Shown here: positions 26,931-39,220 of the stretch, one piece after another | Layout: the number at the start of each line of letters is the position of its first letter | Numbering within the stretch: position 1 is the first letter of the stretch | NCBI GenBank assembly: GCA_951406725.2 | Contig: OX597826.1 | Span: 83,390,001 to 83,454,000 of the forward strand | Reading direction: 5' to 3' | Origin: Octopus vulgaris | Taxonomy: Eukaryota | Length of the DNA stretch: 64,000 bases | Made by a program: the position numbers and the translations under genes | The notes under the pieces: generated by a model | Databases searched by the model: none | What the model saw: only the letters and a program-made list of their open reading frames with translations | What the model was told of the DNA's origin: nothing

Positions 26931-27049
26931 CAGAAAAAAATGTAAGTTACACACTCACACACAAATACATACATACATACATAATACATACATACATACA
27001 TAAACACATATATCCCAAGAGAAGGTGTCCGAACAAGTCTGAGATGTGG

Positions 27050-27480
27050 CCTTAAAGCTGGAAGAGAAGACGGCCTAAGTCGGCGGATGATTAACGCCTC
27101 GTCTGCAGCCGCTCAACGCCACCCACATCTGAACCCTTATCATCGGCTTTTTGCAGCGCTTCGTGCCTTCTGCTGTGAATAGCAGTAGCCCGACCAAGCA
27201 AGCTCTGAAGTTCACTATCGCCTCCAACTTTCTCTCATCCTTAGAAAGCCACAAACATTTGGTCGAAACCGAACATCAAGCACCCGTTCTCATTCATTAA
27301 GGACAGAATTGTAGATTTGTTTTGTCGTTGCATCTCCGCCACTCAGGTCCGTATCCAGCAGTTTTTATTGATTCGTTTCTTTGAGTCGATTTTGAATTTC
27401 GTGTTGATGAAACGGTTGAATGCCTTTCTCGCCACTTGCACATCGGTTGTAATACCTTTTCCTAATCACCTCTACTAAGT
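27050..27480 (-). mobile_element. Decayed Tc1/mariner transposase fragment
   Basis: LQFC, CLWLSKDE...AIVNFRAC, RVQMWVALSG..RGV resemble the WFSDE..GxVNxQNC..VxVWxAIS..G pattern. Confidence 0.5.
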
Positions 27481-27676
27481 TCCTCACTACACCACCACCC
27501 CATTCTCATCAATTTTCCTCCGTTCTACTTTAAATGTTTTCTTCAGGACGCTCCATCATCGATTGCTGATGGAATGGGTGACTTGGGCGTAGCTGATTTG
27601 GCGCCAGCCATTTAGCACAACCGCTTCGGCACTAAATCTATTTAGACGATGGATGTTTTGGCGACGGTATTGAAAG

Positions 27677-27893
27677 GTGGTGAGCTGGCAGAAATGTTAG
27701 CATGCCAGGCGAAATGCTTAGCAGCATTTCGTTCTGAGTTCAATTCCGCCGAGGTCGACTTTGCCTTTCATCCTTTCGGGGTCGATAAATTAAGTACCAG
27801 TTATGCACTGGGGTCGATGTAATTGACTTAATACCTATGTCTGTCCTTGTTTGTCCCCTCTATGTTTAGCCCCTTGTGGGTAATAAAGAAATG
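27677..27893 (+). mobile_element. Full-length family A SINE with 11-bp TSD
   Basis: TSD ggtattgaaag at 27666-27676 and 27894-27904; head, core and tail ending aataaagaaat. Confidence 0.95.
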
Positions 27894-28054
27894 GGTATTG
27901 AAAGTAGACGCGCACAGCAAGAGAGAGATAGAAAGCGAGGTAGGGTATTATTATGCAATGCTTAAGTATGTATATATATAAAGAGAGTGAGAGGAAAAAG
28001 AGAAGGGAGAGAGAGAAAAATTAAACTGCAACACATAAAACTATAAAACTTGAA

Positions 28055-29957
28055 CGACTCGTCAGTGTAGCAAGAGACGGGGCCCCAGCAATGGTTACGT
28101 CTAAGATAGGCTTTCTTGCCAATTTTAAAAGAAGAATTAACGTCTTTGAATTTAGCAAGCAGTAACTTTGCTACGATCCATTGCATAATCCACCAAGAAA
28201 ATCTATGTGCAAAGTCTCTAGAATTTGAGAATGTTATGCGAGTGGTTGTCTCAGCCATCAGTTTTATAAAATCTCGAGCACTTAATCATCGCCAGTTTAA
28301 AGAATTCTTATTGGGTCTTTGTGTCTAATAAAGAATTAAGTTTAAAGAATTCTTAGAAGAACTTGAATCAGTATATGGTGAACTTGTTTACTATTGTACA
28401 GTTCATTGGCTGAGTAAAGGGAAGACGCTTCAACGGTTTTATAGCCCGAGAGAAGAGGTACCTTCTTAGAAAGGAAGAGTAAATTTGTTCCTGAAAAAGG
28501 ATGACTGGATTTGTAATCGTGCATTCCTCGTGCATATAACTACTCATTTAAATGATTTAAATTTAAAATTGCAGAAGCAAAATCAGTTAATTCATGAGAT
28601 GTATTCTCATGTCAAAACTTTCCAAACAAAAACCTCAAATTTGGGAGAATCAAGGGAGGACTGGCGATACTTTCCATTTCCCCCCCACACACACACACAC
28701 ACACACACACACTAGCCATTCGCAGGTCAACGTCTAGAAATGATGGTTTTGCTGTGGAGGTAACTGACCTGAAAAACGAACTGAACACCAGATTTAATGA
28801 CTTCAGAGCTAGAGAAGCTGATTTTCATCTTTTCGGAAACCCTTTTAACGCTGATGTTGAAAAAGTTCGAAAGGAATTGCAAAGGGATGTAATTGAGCCT
28901 CACAGTGATGGAATTTCTTCGGCAAAAATTTAAAGAGGAATCTTTGGTGCATTGTTATGGAACTCTATCCGAAGAAAACTACCCGAAATAAGTGTGCTTT
29001 GCTCGAAGATATGCCAACATGTTTGGTAGTACGAATAAATACGAACAACTCTTTTCTAGAATGAAAATAATAAAGTCGAAAACCAGGTCACGGTTGATAT
29101 TTATCTGGAAGACAGTTTACGAGTTGTAACATCGCAAATTCCTGTAAATGTTGAGAAACTCATCGAAAATGTACAATACCAGGTTTCTCATCAAAATTCC
29201 TAAATTAGTCCTAATAACATCAATAACAAATGGATGAGAAATACGGTCTTACTTGTCTGTATTTTGTGAAGCAGTGTTTTGGCCATTTGCGTGTGGCTGA
29301 GTCGAACTATTTTCTTCGCTGCACCTTTTTTCTTTTGATTTCAGGTCAAATTAATTTGTTTTTCAATTTCGTTTTCTTTTTTATATATTTTAGTTTCTTT
29401 CTTTTAATCATAGATAGATAATGAGTAATGTTAAACGCACATATAATTTTCATTTTGTTAAATTGTTTAATTACGTTTTCTAAGCCTTTTCCTCAAGTAC
29501 CATAGCTTGAAACGGTTCGACTAAACCACATCCATAACAATGATTAAATACGATATTTCTTGAATTTTGCAACTTTTCGTTGAAAGGTTTTCCGTATTTT
29601 AAAATATTGGCCGATATTCACTTATTTTTGTTTCAAAACAAACGTTTATAATAATTCTTTTCTCCGGGCAAAGATTTTTGGCGCTAATTTACAAATGAAA
29701 ATAATAAAATCTACGATTAAAAGCAAGTGAAATTTTTCTGGTTCTTTTACTCCAAACTTTTCAGCCGAAATTTATTATTTTTTTTTTTTTTTTTACGGTC
29801 CAGAAAAGCGTGTGAATTCTGAAGAAACAAATCAAAACAACCTGAGTTACCGCCCTTCTTTTAGTGTGGACGCGAATGTAAATTAGCGCTTGCGGCCCGC
29901 CTGATGATGAACCATATCTCATGTGGCTCGCTTATCGAAAAAGGTTGCCCGTGCCTG
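28055..29957 (+). mobile_element. 5'-truncated hAT transposon (Buster/SPIN/Charlie type, GTF2IRD2-like transposase), decayed
   Basis: LVSVARDGAPAM, HCIIHQENLCAK, FIKSRALNHRQFKEFL, YYCTVHWLSKGKTLQRF, HLNDLNLKLQ, MFGSTNKYEQLFSRMKIIKSKTRSRL; 3' TIR aaggttgcccgtgcctg followed by ctttagta (nnnTAnnn). Confidence 0.93.
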
Positions 29958-29984
29958 CTTTAGTAGAAAGAATTATAATTATTA

Positions 29985-30300
29985 TTATTTCTTTTTATCT
30001 CAGGTTTTGTTGTAACTTGTGGAGTCTTGCATGCGCAGCGGGCCTGTTACCTGCAGCCTACGGTACCACGCTACCTGCCCTAATACTTTCCTGATTATCC
30101 TGAACGTGCCAAGGAGGCAAAACTCTTGTAACAGTTCCTCTGGGCACTCTATTCCAATTTCGTTTATATTCCTCTTGATGCCTTCTGCCACTGTTCCCAA
30201 GGACCCAACAATTATTGGCACTATCTTCGTCTTCATTTTCCATAGCCGGGCTATTTTGTACTTAAGAGTGTTGTCTCTAACTATCTTTTCTATGTTCGAT
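29985..30300 (-). mobile_element. 3' end of an R4/Dong-like RLE non-LTR retrotransposon
   Basis: LKYKIARLWKMKTKIVPIIVGSLG...LLQEFCLLGTFRIIRKVL; ends at (TAA)n. Confidence 0.85.
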
Positions 30301-30419
30301 GTGCAGGGGTATATATATGGGGGTATGTTTGTAAATGGTATATACAGGGATGTGCGTATCACGTACCTTGCTTGGTGTTCTTAATATTAAAATACCTTGG
30401 TTCGAAGAATGAAATGTGG

Positions 30420-30652
30420 TCCTTTCCGTGCCATAGGCTCATAAGTTCGGTTTCCCAGATTCTGTGGCGTATATATTTTCCCCGTCCGACCCGAAGCCGT
30501 TCGTCACAAGGTTACACATTTTTGTCAGCTGAGTGGGGCAAAGTGAAATGAAATGCTTTGCTCAAAAGCACAATCCATCGGTCTGGCTAGGAATCGAAAC
30601 CAGAAGCTTACACTCATGAATGCAACACCTTAACCACTTAGCCACACGCATC
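30420..30652 (-). mobile_element. tRNA-derived SINE (third family)
   Basis: A box tggctaagtgg, B box ggtttcgattcc, then ttgagcaaagcatttcatttcac..cactcagctg central domain. Confidence 0.75.
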
Positions 30653-32499
30653 TGTGGTCGTAGATATTCCTGTATAGTTTTCAATGCTGAATACTAATGC
30701 GAATGCCTATTTACCAAGAGAACCAGCGACAACTGGTCAGACAATTTGATTGATTAAAAATCGATAAAAGAAAAAAAGACAAAGAATGTGAGTTTTGTCG
30801 TCGACGTGTTTTTTCTTTTCTTTTCTTTTTTTTTCTGCCTTCTTTTATATTTTTGGTCAGTGCCGCCGCCGATTCTGGTGGCAGAACCGTTTTTCTACTC
30901 TTTATAAATTGATACCCCCCCCCCCACCGACATCTGTTCCTCCATATCTATGGCAGCACGGCTTTGCTTTGTATAATTAGAATTATTACTCAGTGTGTGT
31001 TGACTGAGGCCATCGCTAACCGAGTCCAGAGCAAAGGCAATACAATCATGACCACCCCGTCTTTTCCCTCGACACCACATTATGCCTAAATGCCTTTCTT
31101 TAATCAAATAATAGGGTGCGAATTCATAGAGATCTTGCTAGTATTTCTGGCAGGCCGAGAACCATATGAAAGCTACGTCGCTGTGTTTCTAGGTACAAGT
31201 ATGTTTACGCATTTGTGTGTGTGCGTGCGCTGAATTCGTGATTGAGTCCTTTTCAGTTTTGAATGAATTCTGAAGAGGTGGTCATCATCACTGATTAGTT
31301 CTCGGCAAATAAGTTTGTTTCTACTTCCAATGTTGATTTGTAACAGTGATACAGGGTCACAAACGATTGAATGGACCCTGGAATGATGAAAAACAAAGCT
31401 GGCCTCAGCCTGGTTTGAAATCAGAACTGCAAATCTCTAGGGTTTTACCTTTGTTGCATTGTCTTTTCAATCATTCAAACCAAACATTAAAAGCAGCAAT
31501 CTACAAAACTGAGGAGACCCCTGGAAATAATAAGCACTGGCCTTCCACCAACTAAATTGAAACAAAATTTTCATTTTAGTTTTGCTAAAATACCTGTCAT
31601 ATACTGAGGTTGAGTCAACTAATTTCTTAGGGAATCAGTATTCATCTAAATCTGATCCAATGGAATAACTCGGATTCTCGAGACGTCTCCGTGTCAGTGT
31701 TTCAAGCTCATCAGGACGAGTCAGTCGATAGAGACCACTTGTGGCATAACTATACATGGATTCCCAGGGAATAAATCTGAAATGATGAGGGCCAGAATGT
31801 CACCTCCTGCGACCGTCGATCCTCTTTTCGACACTGTCCGTATTCTCCATCCATGAGGAGACGCAACATCCCTTAGTGAACTCTCCAGAGTTGGACACTA
31901 CTTTCTTCCATTTCTTCTCCATTCCAAAAAAACTTCCATTTTCCTATTTTAGTTTTTTTTTTAAATGTTAAAATTAGGCAAAAGATTAGCAACTTCGAAC
32001 ATTAGATGATATGTTTTGTTAATTAATTTTAGCAGAACCGTTTAAGATACCTTGTGGTATTTGTTCCCGCCCTCTGCACTGTAACTTCAAATCCCTCTCA
32101 GATCAGTTTTGTCTTTCGTCTTTTCAGGGTCAATAAATAATGCCACAATCAAACTCTGGGATCCAGTCTCCCTTTGGATTCTACTCGCAATTTAAAGGCT
32201 TCACTTTGTCACGACGATCTCTTGATCTCAGAATCGCGTTAAAGACGCAGATGACTATGGAATACTCAGCCGCAAGCGTTAATTTCACGAGTAAGAATTT
32301 AGCTGGTTAAACAACAGGTCATTGTACAGACCAACGAAGAATGTACCAATTCTGTTTAGGTTCGCAATTAAAATCTTTATTTTCATCCTTTTATGGATTA
32401 AAACAAATCATCGTCCAAGAGTTCGAATCGCCTTCACCGACAATTGCCAAACCTCGGGCTGTGATCTTGCTTCTGCACATTAAACCAATATTGCTGCCA

Positions 32500-32670
32500 G
32501 CAAAGAAGCTTCTACTTGCTAGAAACTGTAGCCAAATCTCCACCAAACCACACCTTTCCGTCTTTAAAAAAGAGGGCAGGGATACATTGGATAATGTGCT
32601 TCTTAATGCAGAAAGAAACGAGTTGGTCATGGCTAGAATGTCATTTGATCATAGGTCTGGTTATCGTTGT
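32500..32670 (+). mobile_element. Family C interspersed repeat
   Basis: gctagaaactgtagccaaatctccaccaaaccacacc...tggtcatggctagaatgtcatttgatcataggtctg. Confidence 0.7.
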
Positions 32671-32849
32671 TGTTTTGTATCAACAAGATACCCCCCCTCG
32701 AGAGCGCATGCGACTGTATTAAAATGTAAATTTTTTTTTCTTTTGGTGCTAAGGAAACCAGGATCCAAGGAAACTGGTCGATCTCTTTGGGGTTAAATTT
32801 GTCGAATCTTTTTTCCTTGAATGTAAATATTTTTTAAATACCAAAAGAC

Positions 32850-34220
32850 TCAGAGCGTCACGAATAGAGAACTACGAAAAAGGATTTTCCGTTTTCCTCC
32901 CACTACTCCCATTGTGAAGCGCACATGTAGCCAAAAAAACAGCAACAGCGTTCCACATAAAAAAAACAACAAGAAGCAGCCGGCTAAGCACCACCACAGC
33001 AACCCGTGACAATAACAGCAACAACAAAATCCTGTCTCACCAAAACAACCTTTACCATAGTAACGTATTCCCGTAAGTGTGACAACGCCGTTGCTGCCAG
33101 CAACCGCCAACTCGAAAACGGTCTAACAACAACCAACAACACCACAACTGCCAAAGAGACATCACCACCGATGGCATTAACAGGAACAACACCACAAACC
33201 ATAAAAAGGTATCGTTAGGGAGTTAAGCCAACAGAATTTTTCGCGAACACAGCTCAGAATCACAGAAAGACTTGAGCCACAGAATTTACGAACAAAAATC
33301 AATCCTCAAAAAAACAAAAAAAAACTGAAAGAAGCAATGTTCTCAGAGGTACCAAGTTAACGTTGGTGAATAAAAGATTTACTGTAGCTTTGGCGTTTTG
33401 AATCGGAGTATTGAAACGTTAACCCAAGGATAGGCACAAAGGAGTCTGGAGTCCGTGGGGAAAGAATAAACAATTTCGTTACAAAACACAATCGATTTGG
33501 TTTAATTACTGTCAGATTCGGATCTGAATTCAAAGCGAGAAAACATTTGATGAGTTCGTCCTTGTCTCATCAGATATGAGCAAGTGAATTTGAAGGAAAA
33601 GGTGGTGGGTGTGCTACCAGAATTCAATATCTGGTGGCAGTTGTCTTCTATGATGAAGATGAGACATCCCAGAGGTTCACCAGGGGTACCAAGAAAACTG
33701 GTCAAGTATGGGTATGCAGCTTATCAATCCAGATTGACCAAGAGCTCAAAGCCAATCCTGATGTAATCAATGAGACAGGTGGAAATAGCACCAGTCTCAC
33801 AGTGTCAGTACACAAAGGTATTGCGTTTGAGGCTCAACCAAACATCGAAGATTTTCTGCCCACAGAAGAGGGCATTTGAAAGAAGACCCACAATATTATC
33901 AACACCACAGTCTAATTAAAAAGATGACACCTAGAAAAATTATCTCCATAAGAAGGGTGAGAAAGAGAGAAAATGGCAAAACCAATCTGTCCTCACAAAA
34001 GTCTGGGAAGTTTGATGGCCGTGAGCTCTGCCATTCCTTCTCTGAGGTTCTTCCAATAATAGGGGAACCTCTGCATGGTTGCACGTTCTGCAAGAAACAG
34101 TTAACAAGAAGCCTAGAGCTTGCCCACATAGTACCAACTTCCATGGATCCTACCAAAGAGCTAGTCAGGATTTTGATACATAAATAAGCAAGAATGGTAT
34201 CAATCCTTTGCCATCTCACA
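32850..34220 (+). mobile_element. Possible decayed L1/Tx1-like ORF1 region
   Basis: Broken coding-like sequence (KVVGVLPEFNIW, ANPDVI, decayed zinc-knuckle-like stretch) after a T/N/Q-rich low-complexity leader; family assignment is by recall only. Confidence 0.4.
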
Positions 34221-34239
34221 ATCGTTTTAGAGAGAGAGA

Positions 34240-34283
<44 letters not shown>

Positions 34284-36439
34284 CTACCCCAGTACTAGAT
34301 GACAGGTATTTCATTTATTGACTTCAAAATGAAAAAGAAGGCCAAGTAGACCTTGACAGATTTGAAGTCAGAGTGCAAAGAACCAGAACTGATCCTTAAA
34401 AATATTTTTCTCCCCAATGCTCTGAGAACCCTGAAAAATTTTCCTCAACTTTACATCTTACAATCTTTGGAATAAAAAAGGAAAGTAAGTGGTACAATGA
34501 ATGGTGTTGTCTTGGATACACTATACCTGAAAACATGAAAGAGAAAGCATGGCTAACAAAGGTTGAACAAACTCGAGTTAAACAACAAACAAACAACTCT
34601 GAATTCAGGATGAAATTATCAGAGCAAGTCCAAGCAGAAAATACAAGACGAAAGATTCAAAGAGAAAGTTTGAAAAGCTCATTAGTGAGAGAGGGCAATG
34701 TCTTTGCTGACTGGCCTAGATTTTAAGGACAGATCAGCTGGCAACCTGTTACATGAAAACTGGTTAATATTTTACAGCTGGTTTTTTACTACTGAAATAG
34801 CAAATAATTAACTAGTCAGCTGAATCAAACAAGATAAAGCTGTAATAGTAGCAGCAGCAGCATTGATTTCTGAGAAAGAGACGTGGCTTCATAACGGTGG
34901 GGGGAAAGTATGTTCACTTGTTATTTCATCAACCCTCAAAACGAGAAGCAAAGCTGATCCAGGCGAGATTTGAACTCAGAATGTAAAGAGGTGTGATTAA
35001 AATTACATACAGCATTTTTCCCACCACCATTAATGTGGTTACAATAATGATTTATTTTGTTATATGTCATGATAATACTTTCTAATTCTGGCACAGAGCC
35101 AGCAATTTGGGGAGAGTGAGGTACATTGATCACCCCCAGTGCACAACTGGTACTTATTTTATCACCCACCTTCATCCCTCACCAAAAAACAGGATGAAGG
35201 ACAAAAGCATTGGGGCATGATAGTCTTGTGATCTGAGATGATTAGGAGGTCCCTGCAAAGCCTTGCTGTTGCAGATCCCTTAAAGGCTCATCACAGGTAT
35301 TATGATCCACATTCAGCACCAATATTCTTTTTGTTTTGTTCTCTGATCCTTTTGGCCACATAGGATAGCATTAACCTACAAACAGGCACTTGGGAACCAG
35401 CCCCGCTTACCTTCTCACTTATCACTAAACATGTCTATTACCCATCAAGGAAGTACAGAGCAGTCGTAGTCACTCTAACTGCATGTTTCCAAGAATACAT
35501 ATGAAAACCTTTCATCTTTTTGATAATGGACAGAAGTCCATGACTTTGCTCAGCCCTTCCCACATTAAATCCTCACCTAAAAACACAGTCTTCCTTGATA
35601 TATCCCTTTCCCCTTCACCAGAAGCTGGTTTATCTTCAATAACTTGCCACAATCGGAAGCGACAAAAGCCAAACAGCTGTTGCCAGCTTTATTCCTGTTT
35701 AGACTCAGACTTTCATCAGGGATTCTTGTTTATTTGTTTCTCTTGTTTTTTTTTCAATGTGTAACTATAAATATTTCTGCCCTAAACTGTCTCTCAGTGT
35801 CTGGTTTTGTACTTAAAACTTGCAATGGAAGAAGGCATTAATATGTTTTTGCCATTGTAATTGTTACCACTGTCAACAGGCGCCACCACCCTCTGGCACC
35901 ACACACGTGGCCAGTTTGAAACACAAATGGTTGGCATTAAACTAATCTTGAACATTCTTCCACCTCAAAAAATAAGATGGACCTTTACATAATGCAAAAG
36001 ATTTTCTTAAACTTTTCTCAATGAAAATGAGGATCTTTAAAAGAAAAAAAATCTTATCCTAAATGAATCTGGGCTAAAATATGTTTTGTTTTCTCAGAAA
36101 CTTCAAATCCCTTCCACCATCTTCCCCCTCTTCTGTTTAACCAGCATTTCTCTATGCTTGCATAGATCAGACGGAATCCTTGAGGCAGATTTTCTAAGGA
36201 CATATGCCCTTACTGTTGCCAACGTTCACATCTTCCCTCATGGCCAGACTTTTGTTGACCGAGACCTGGAGACAAGGAACACTGCTCGTGCAACACTGAT
36301 GCAAGCCAAAAGCATTATAACAATGTTACGCAGACCCAGTCGCAGCATGGCATTCACAGAGCTGTGCCATTCAATAACAAAGATTATTGAACTCAGGACA
36401 TAAAGGACAAAATGCTGCTAACCATTCTGCCAGCTCACC

Positions 36440-36548
36440 ACCTTAGTAGTAGTAGTAGTAGTAGCAGCAGCAGCAATAATAATAAATAATAATAATAATA
36501 ATAATGATGATGATAATGATAATAATGATGATAATGATAATAATAATG

Positions 36549-36580
<32 letters not shown>

Positions 36581-36585
36581 AATAA
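36440..36585. repeat. Compound (TAG)/(CAG)/(AAT)/(GAT) microsatellite
   Basis: Directly visible. Confidence 0.9.
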
Positions 36586-37408
36586 CTGTTTCTTTTATTG
36601 CCATCAGGATGACAGATGTTCAAATTTGGAAAAAAGAACAAAACCAAAAAAAAAAACTAATTCTGCTTTAGAAAAATAAAACTGGATTGATTTTTGTTAG
36701 AAAATATAGAAAGTAGAATTGTCACCTGTTGGAATTAATTGGCAAAGGTAGTGATGGTCATCATAACAGTTGTGGTGGGAGACAGGAATCAGGGGACAAA
36801 GACAGACAGGTGAGGGTCAAACAAGGAAAAAAGAAATAAGGAAAACATTATCAACAAATATGATAGTGGCTATTAATTTTTTTGGTTTTTTTTTTTACAA
36901 TTAAATTTTTTAATAGACCACTATTTTTTATTTTTATTTTTTTTTTTATATTTTGGAAATGATATTTTTTATGAATTCAAACAGGAGACAACAAAATGTA
37001 GACGAAAAAAAAAAAACTGTTTTCAATGTGCAAATCCTGTAAAAGCTTCATTAGAAAAATACAGAACGCTCGCTTGATTTGTTTTTCCCCCACTTTTCAC
37101 AGCAGCCTGATTTGAAAGAAGTAGCCAACACTAGCATACCTAGCAAACCCTGTTTCGGAGGTTTTCTTCTGCTTACTTGAACAGGAAACTGAAAAAGACA
37201 GCGAAAAAACAGATAATGCTTTGTACATCATTATTATTATCCTCATTACTAGAGCAGCGATCTGGCAGAATCGTTAGCACGTTGGGCGAAATGCTTAGCA
37301 GTCTTTTGTCTGCAGCTACATTCTGAATTCAAATTCCGCCAAGGTTGACGTTGCCGTTCATTCTTTCAGGCTCGATAAATTAAGTACCAGTTGAACACTG
37401 GGGTCAAT

Positions 37409-37774
37409 ACAGTTCTTTATTTAAGAGATGAGGAATTATTTACATTATTTACAATTCACAGATATTTGTCCTCATCTTGTTTGTTGTTAACACAACGTTT
37501 TGGCTGATAGACCCTCCAGCCTTCATCAGAATATGCCACAGGCATATGGCGTAGTGGTTAAGAGTGTGGGATACTAACCCCAAGATTCTGAGTTCGATTC
37601 CAGGCAGTGACCTGAATAATAATAATAATAATAACATTGAAAAATACCTTAGGAATGAGAACCCAGGTTTGAAATTTCCCCAAGACACCTGATGAAGGCT
37701 GGAAGGGTACATCAGCCGAAACATGTTAACAACAAACAGGATGAGGACAAATATCCGTCAAACGTAAATAATGT
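37409..37774. mobile_element. Non-autonomous element: tRNA-like head plus inverted Penelope-like termini with hammerhead motifs
   Basis: 12-bp TSD actggggtcaat (37397-37408, 37775-37786); about 87-bp inverted repeats (37442-37529, 37689-37774); A box tggcgtagtgg and B box gagttcgattcc. Confidence 0.85.
37685..37727 (+). ncRNA. Minimal type I hammerhead ribozyme motif (mutated stem III/I)
   Basis: acac-CTGATGA-a-GGCTG-gaagggtacat-CAGCC-GAAA-catgtt; the inverted copy at 37489-37529 reads CTGATGA-a-GGCTG..CAGCC-AAAA-cgttgtgt. Confidence 0.7.
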
Positions 37775-37869
37775 ACTGGGGTCAATGTAATTAATTTATC
37801 CCCTCCCCCAAAATTGCTGCCCTTGAGGCAAAATTTGAAACCATTATTATTATTATTACTGGTGATACT

Positions 37870-38160
37870 TCTTTATAATCTAACCTTCCACCTGGCACCC
37901 AGCCACTTCCCTTGGCATCACCCCTTCTCTCAGCTGAGAGGTCTTTGTCTTGCAAGCTACTTGGTGACCCCACTGGGGCTGGTGCCAAATGAAAGGCACC
38001 CAGTACCCTCTGTAAAGTGGTTGGTGTTAGGAAGGGCATCCAGTCTCATAGAGAGTATACCAAAACAGACATTGGATCATGGCATGGTTCTCTGGTTGGC
38101 CAGCTCCTGTCTAACCATCCAATGCCAGCTGGCATGGAAAATGGACATCACATGATGATT
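37870..38160 (+). mobile_element. RTE-type 3' tail fragment
   Basis: gtggttggtgttaggaagggcatccag...gcatggaaaatggacatcacatgatgat; same tail as the RTE ending at 42180. Confidence 0.7.
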
Positions 38161-38279
38161 ACTCATAACCCTCAGCCAATCAGACACTGCAATAGGTGAA
38201 ACGTTCACTTTAGCTTTTTATAGAAGATTAGTGGAGGAAAAATGTGATGACATTCTTGGAGAGACCTTAGGAATGGAAG

Positions 38280-39060
38280 AAGATCAACAGGCTGCTGCTT
38301 TCCCGAGACCAATGGATAATTTCCAAAACCCTCTGGCCTGGCAGTGCAACCATGGAGCTTTGTCTGTTTGAGGTAAACTTTACATGCATGGAAGTGCTGT
38401 CGACTGAGCATGTCTGAGACGCACGCAGGATGATGAGACAGTCTTGTATGCACTCGTCCAGTGCCCGAGCATTGCTGACCAATGGGTTTATGTCGAACAA
38501 CTGCTGTCACGTGTGGGATGGATCCAGCTCTCAACTGAATCCATCGTGAAGATCATTTCCACCACCTTACTTTAACTGGGAAGGAAAGCCTGTTTTTATA
38601 TGCCTGGTGGTCATGGCGAAAGAGGTTGTATTGAGGACGAGATTGAAGGGGTTGAAGACAAAATCTTTTCTCTTTGGCCAATCCCTGATGAACTTGAAAA
38701 GGAAAATAAGGGTCAAGAGGGAAGTGTTGTGTTCTGGCCAGTTTGCTGAAAGGTGGATGAAAGTGGCGAGAATGGGCCTTGCCCTGAGCATACGCCTGTA
38801 GTTGGAAAAAAAGGAAAGGAAAAGAGGCACTTGCTCCAAAAGTCAGGGTATCCATGGTTTTTTTATGGGGTTTTTCCAAGAGCAGCCCTCAAACGTCTCC
38901 TCCTTATTGAGGAATACACATTATTGATTTTCTTTGTTTTTGATAATTTTGCTGGTCTTGTTTACATGCAAAACCTTCACAACAACACACACATCTTTTG
39001 TTTTGTCCTGTTCTGTCCATGTTTTTCTTAAGGTAAACCCTTGAGGTTAATAAAGAAATC
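38280..39060 (+). mobile_element. 3' portion of an L1/Tx1-like LINE
   Basis: ACLRRTQDDETVLYALVQCP (zf-RVT-like), RTRLKGLKT, FAERWMKVARM; 3' UTR ends aataaagaaatc then (ATT)n. Confidence 0.8.
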
Positions 39061-39084
39061 ATTATTATTATTATTATTATTTTA

Positions 39085-39220
39085 CAAGTGGTACTTATTG
39101 TATTGAGCCCAGGAGGATGAAAGGCAAAGCTGATCTCAGCAGAATTTGAACTATGAATGTGAAGCCAGAAAAAATTCTACAAAGCATTCTGTGTGGTGTG
39201 CTAACAATTTTGCCAGCTCG
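39085..39220 (-). mobile_element. Family A SINE, CpG-decayed
   Basis: ggatgaaaggcaaagctgatctcagcagaatttgaact. Confidence 0.75.

Larger units (their letters stand above)
37250..37845 (+). mobile_element. Family A SINE interrupted by the 366-bp hammerhead element
   Basis: Head and core at 37250-37408, tail resuming at 37775-37845. Confidence 0.9.

Noticed and set aside
31675-31725. Third hammerhead (minus strand CTGATGAG...GAGACGTC)
   Set aside because: Stem II does not pair and GAAA is absent.
34461-34527. Minus-strand exon after ctttctctttcatgttttcAG (similar candidate near 43220-43290)
   Set aside because: Splice-like signals only; no recognisable protein and no supportable exon chain.
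37541-37612. Functional tRNA gene
   Set aside because: A and B boxes are present, but the acceptor stem pairs poorly and it lies inside a TSD-flanked mobile element.
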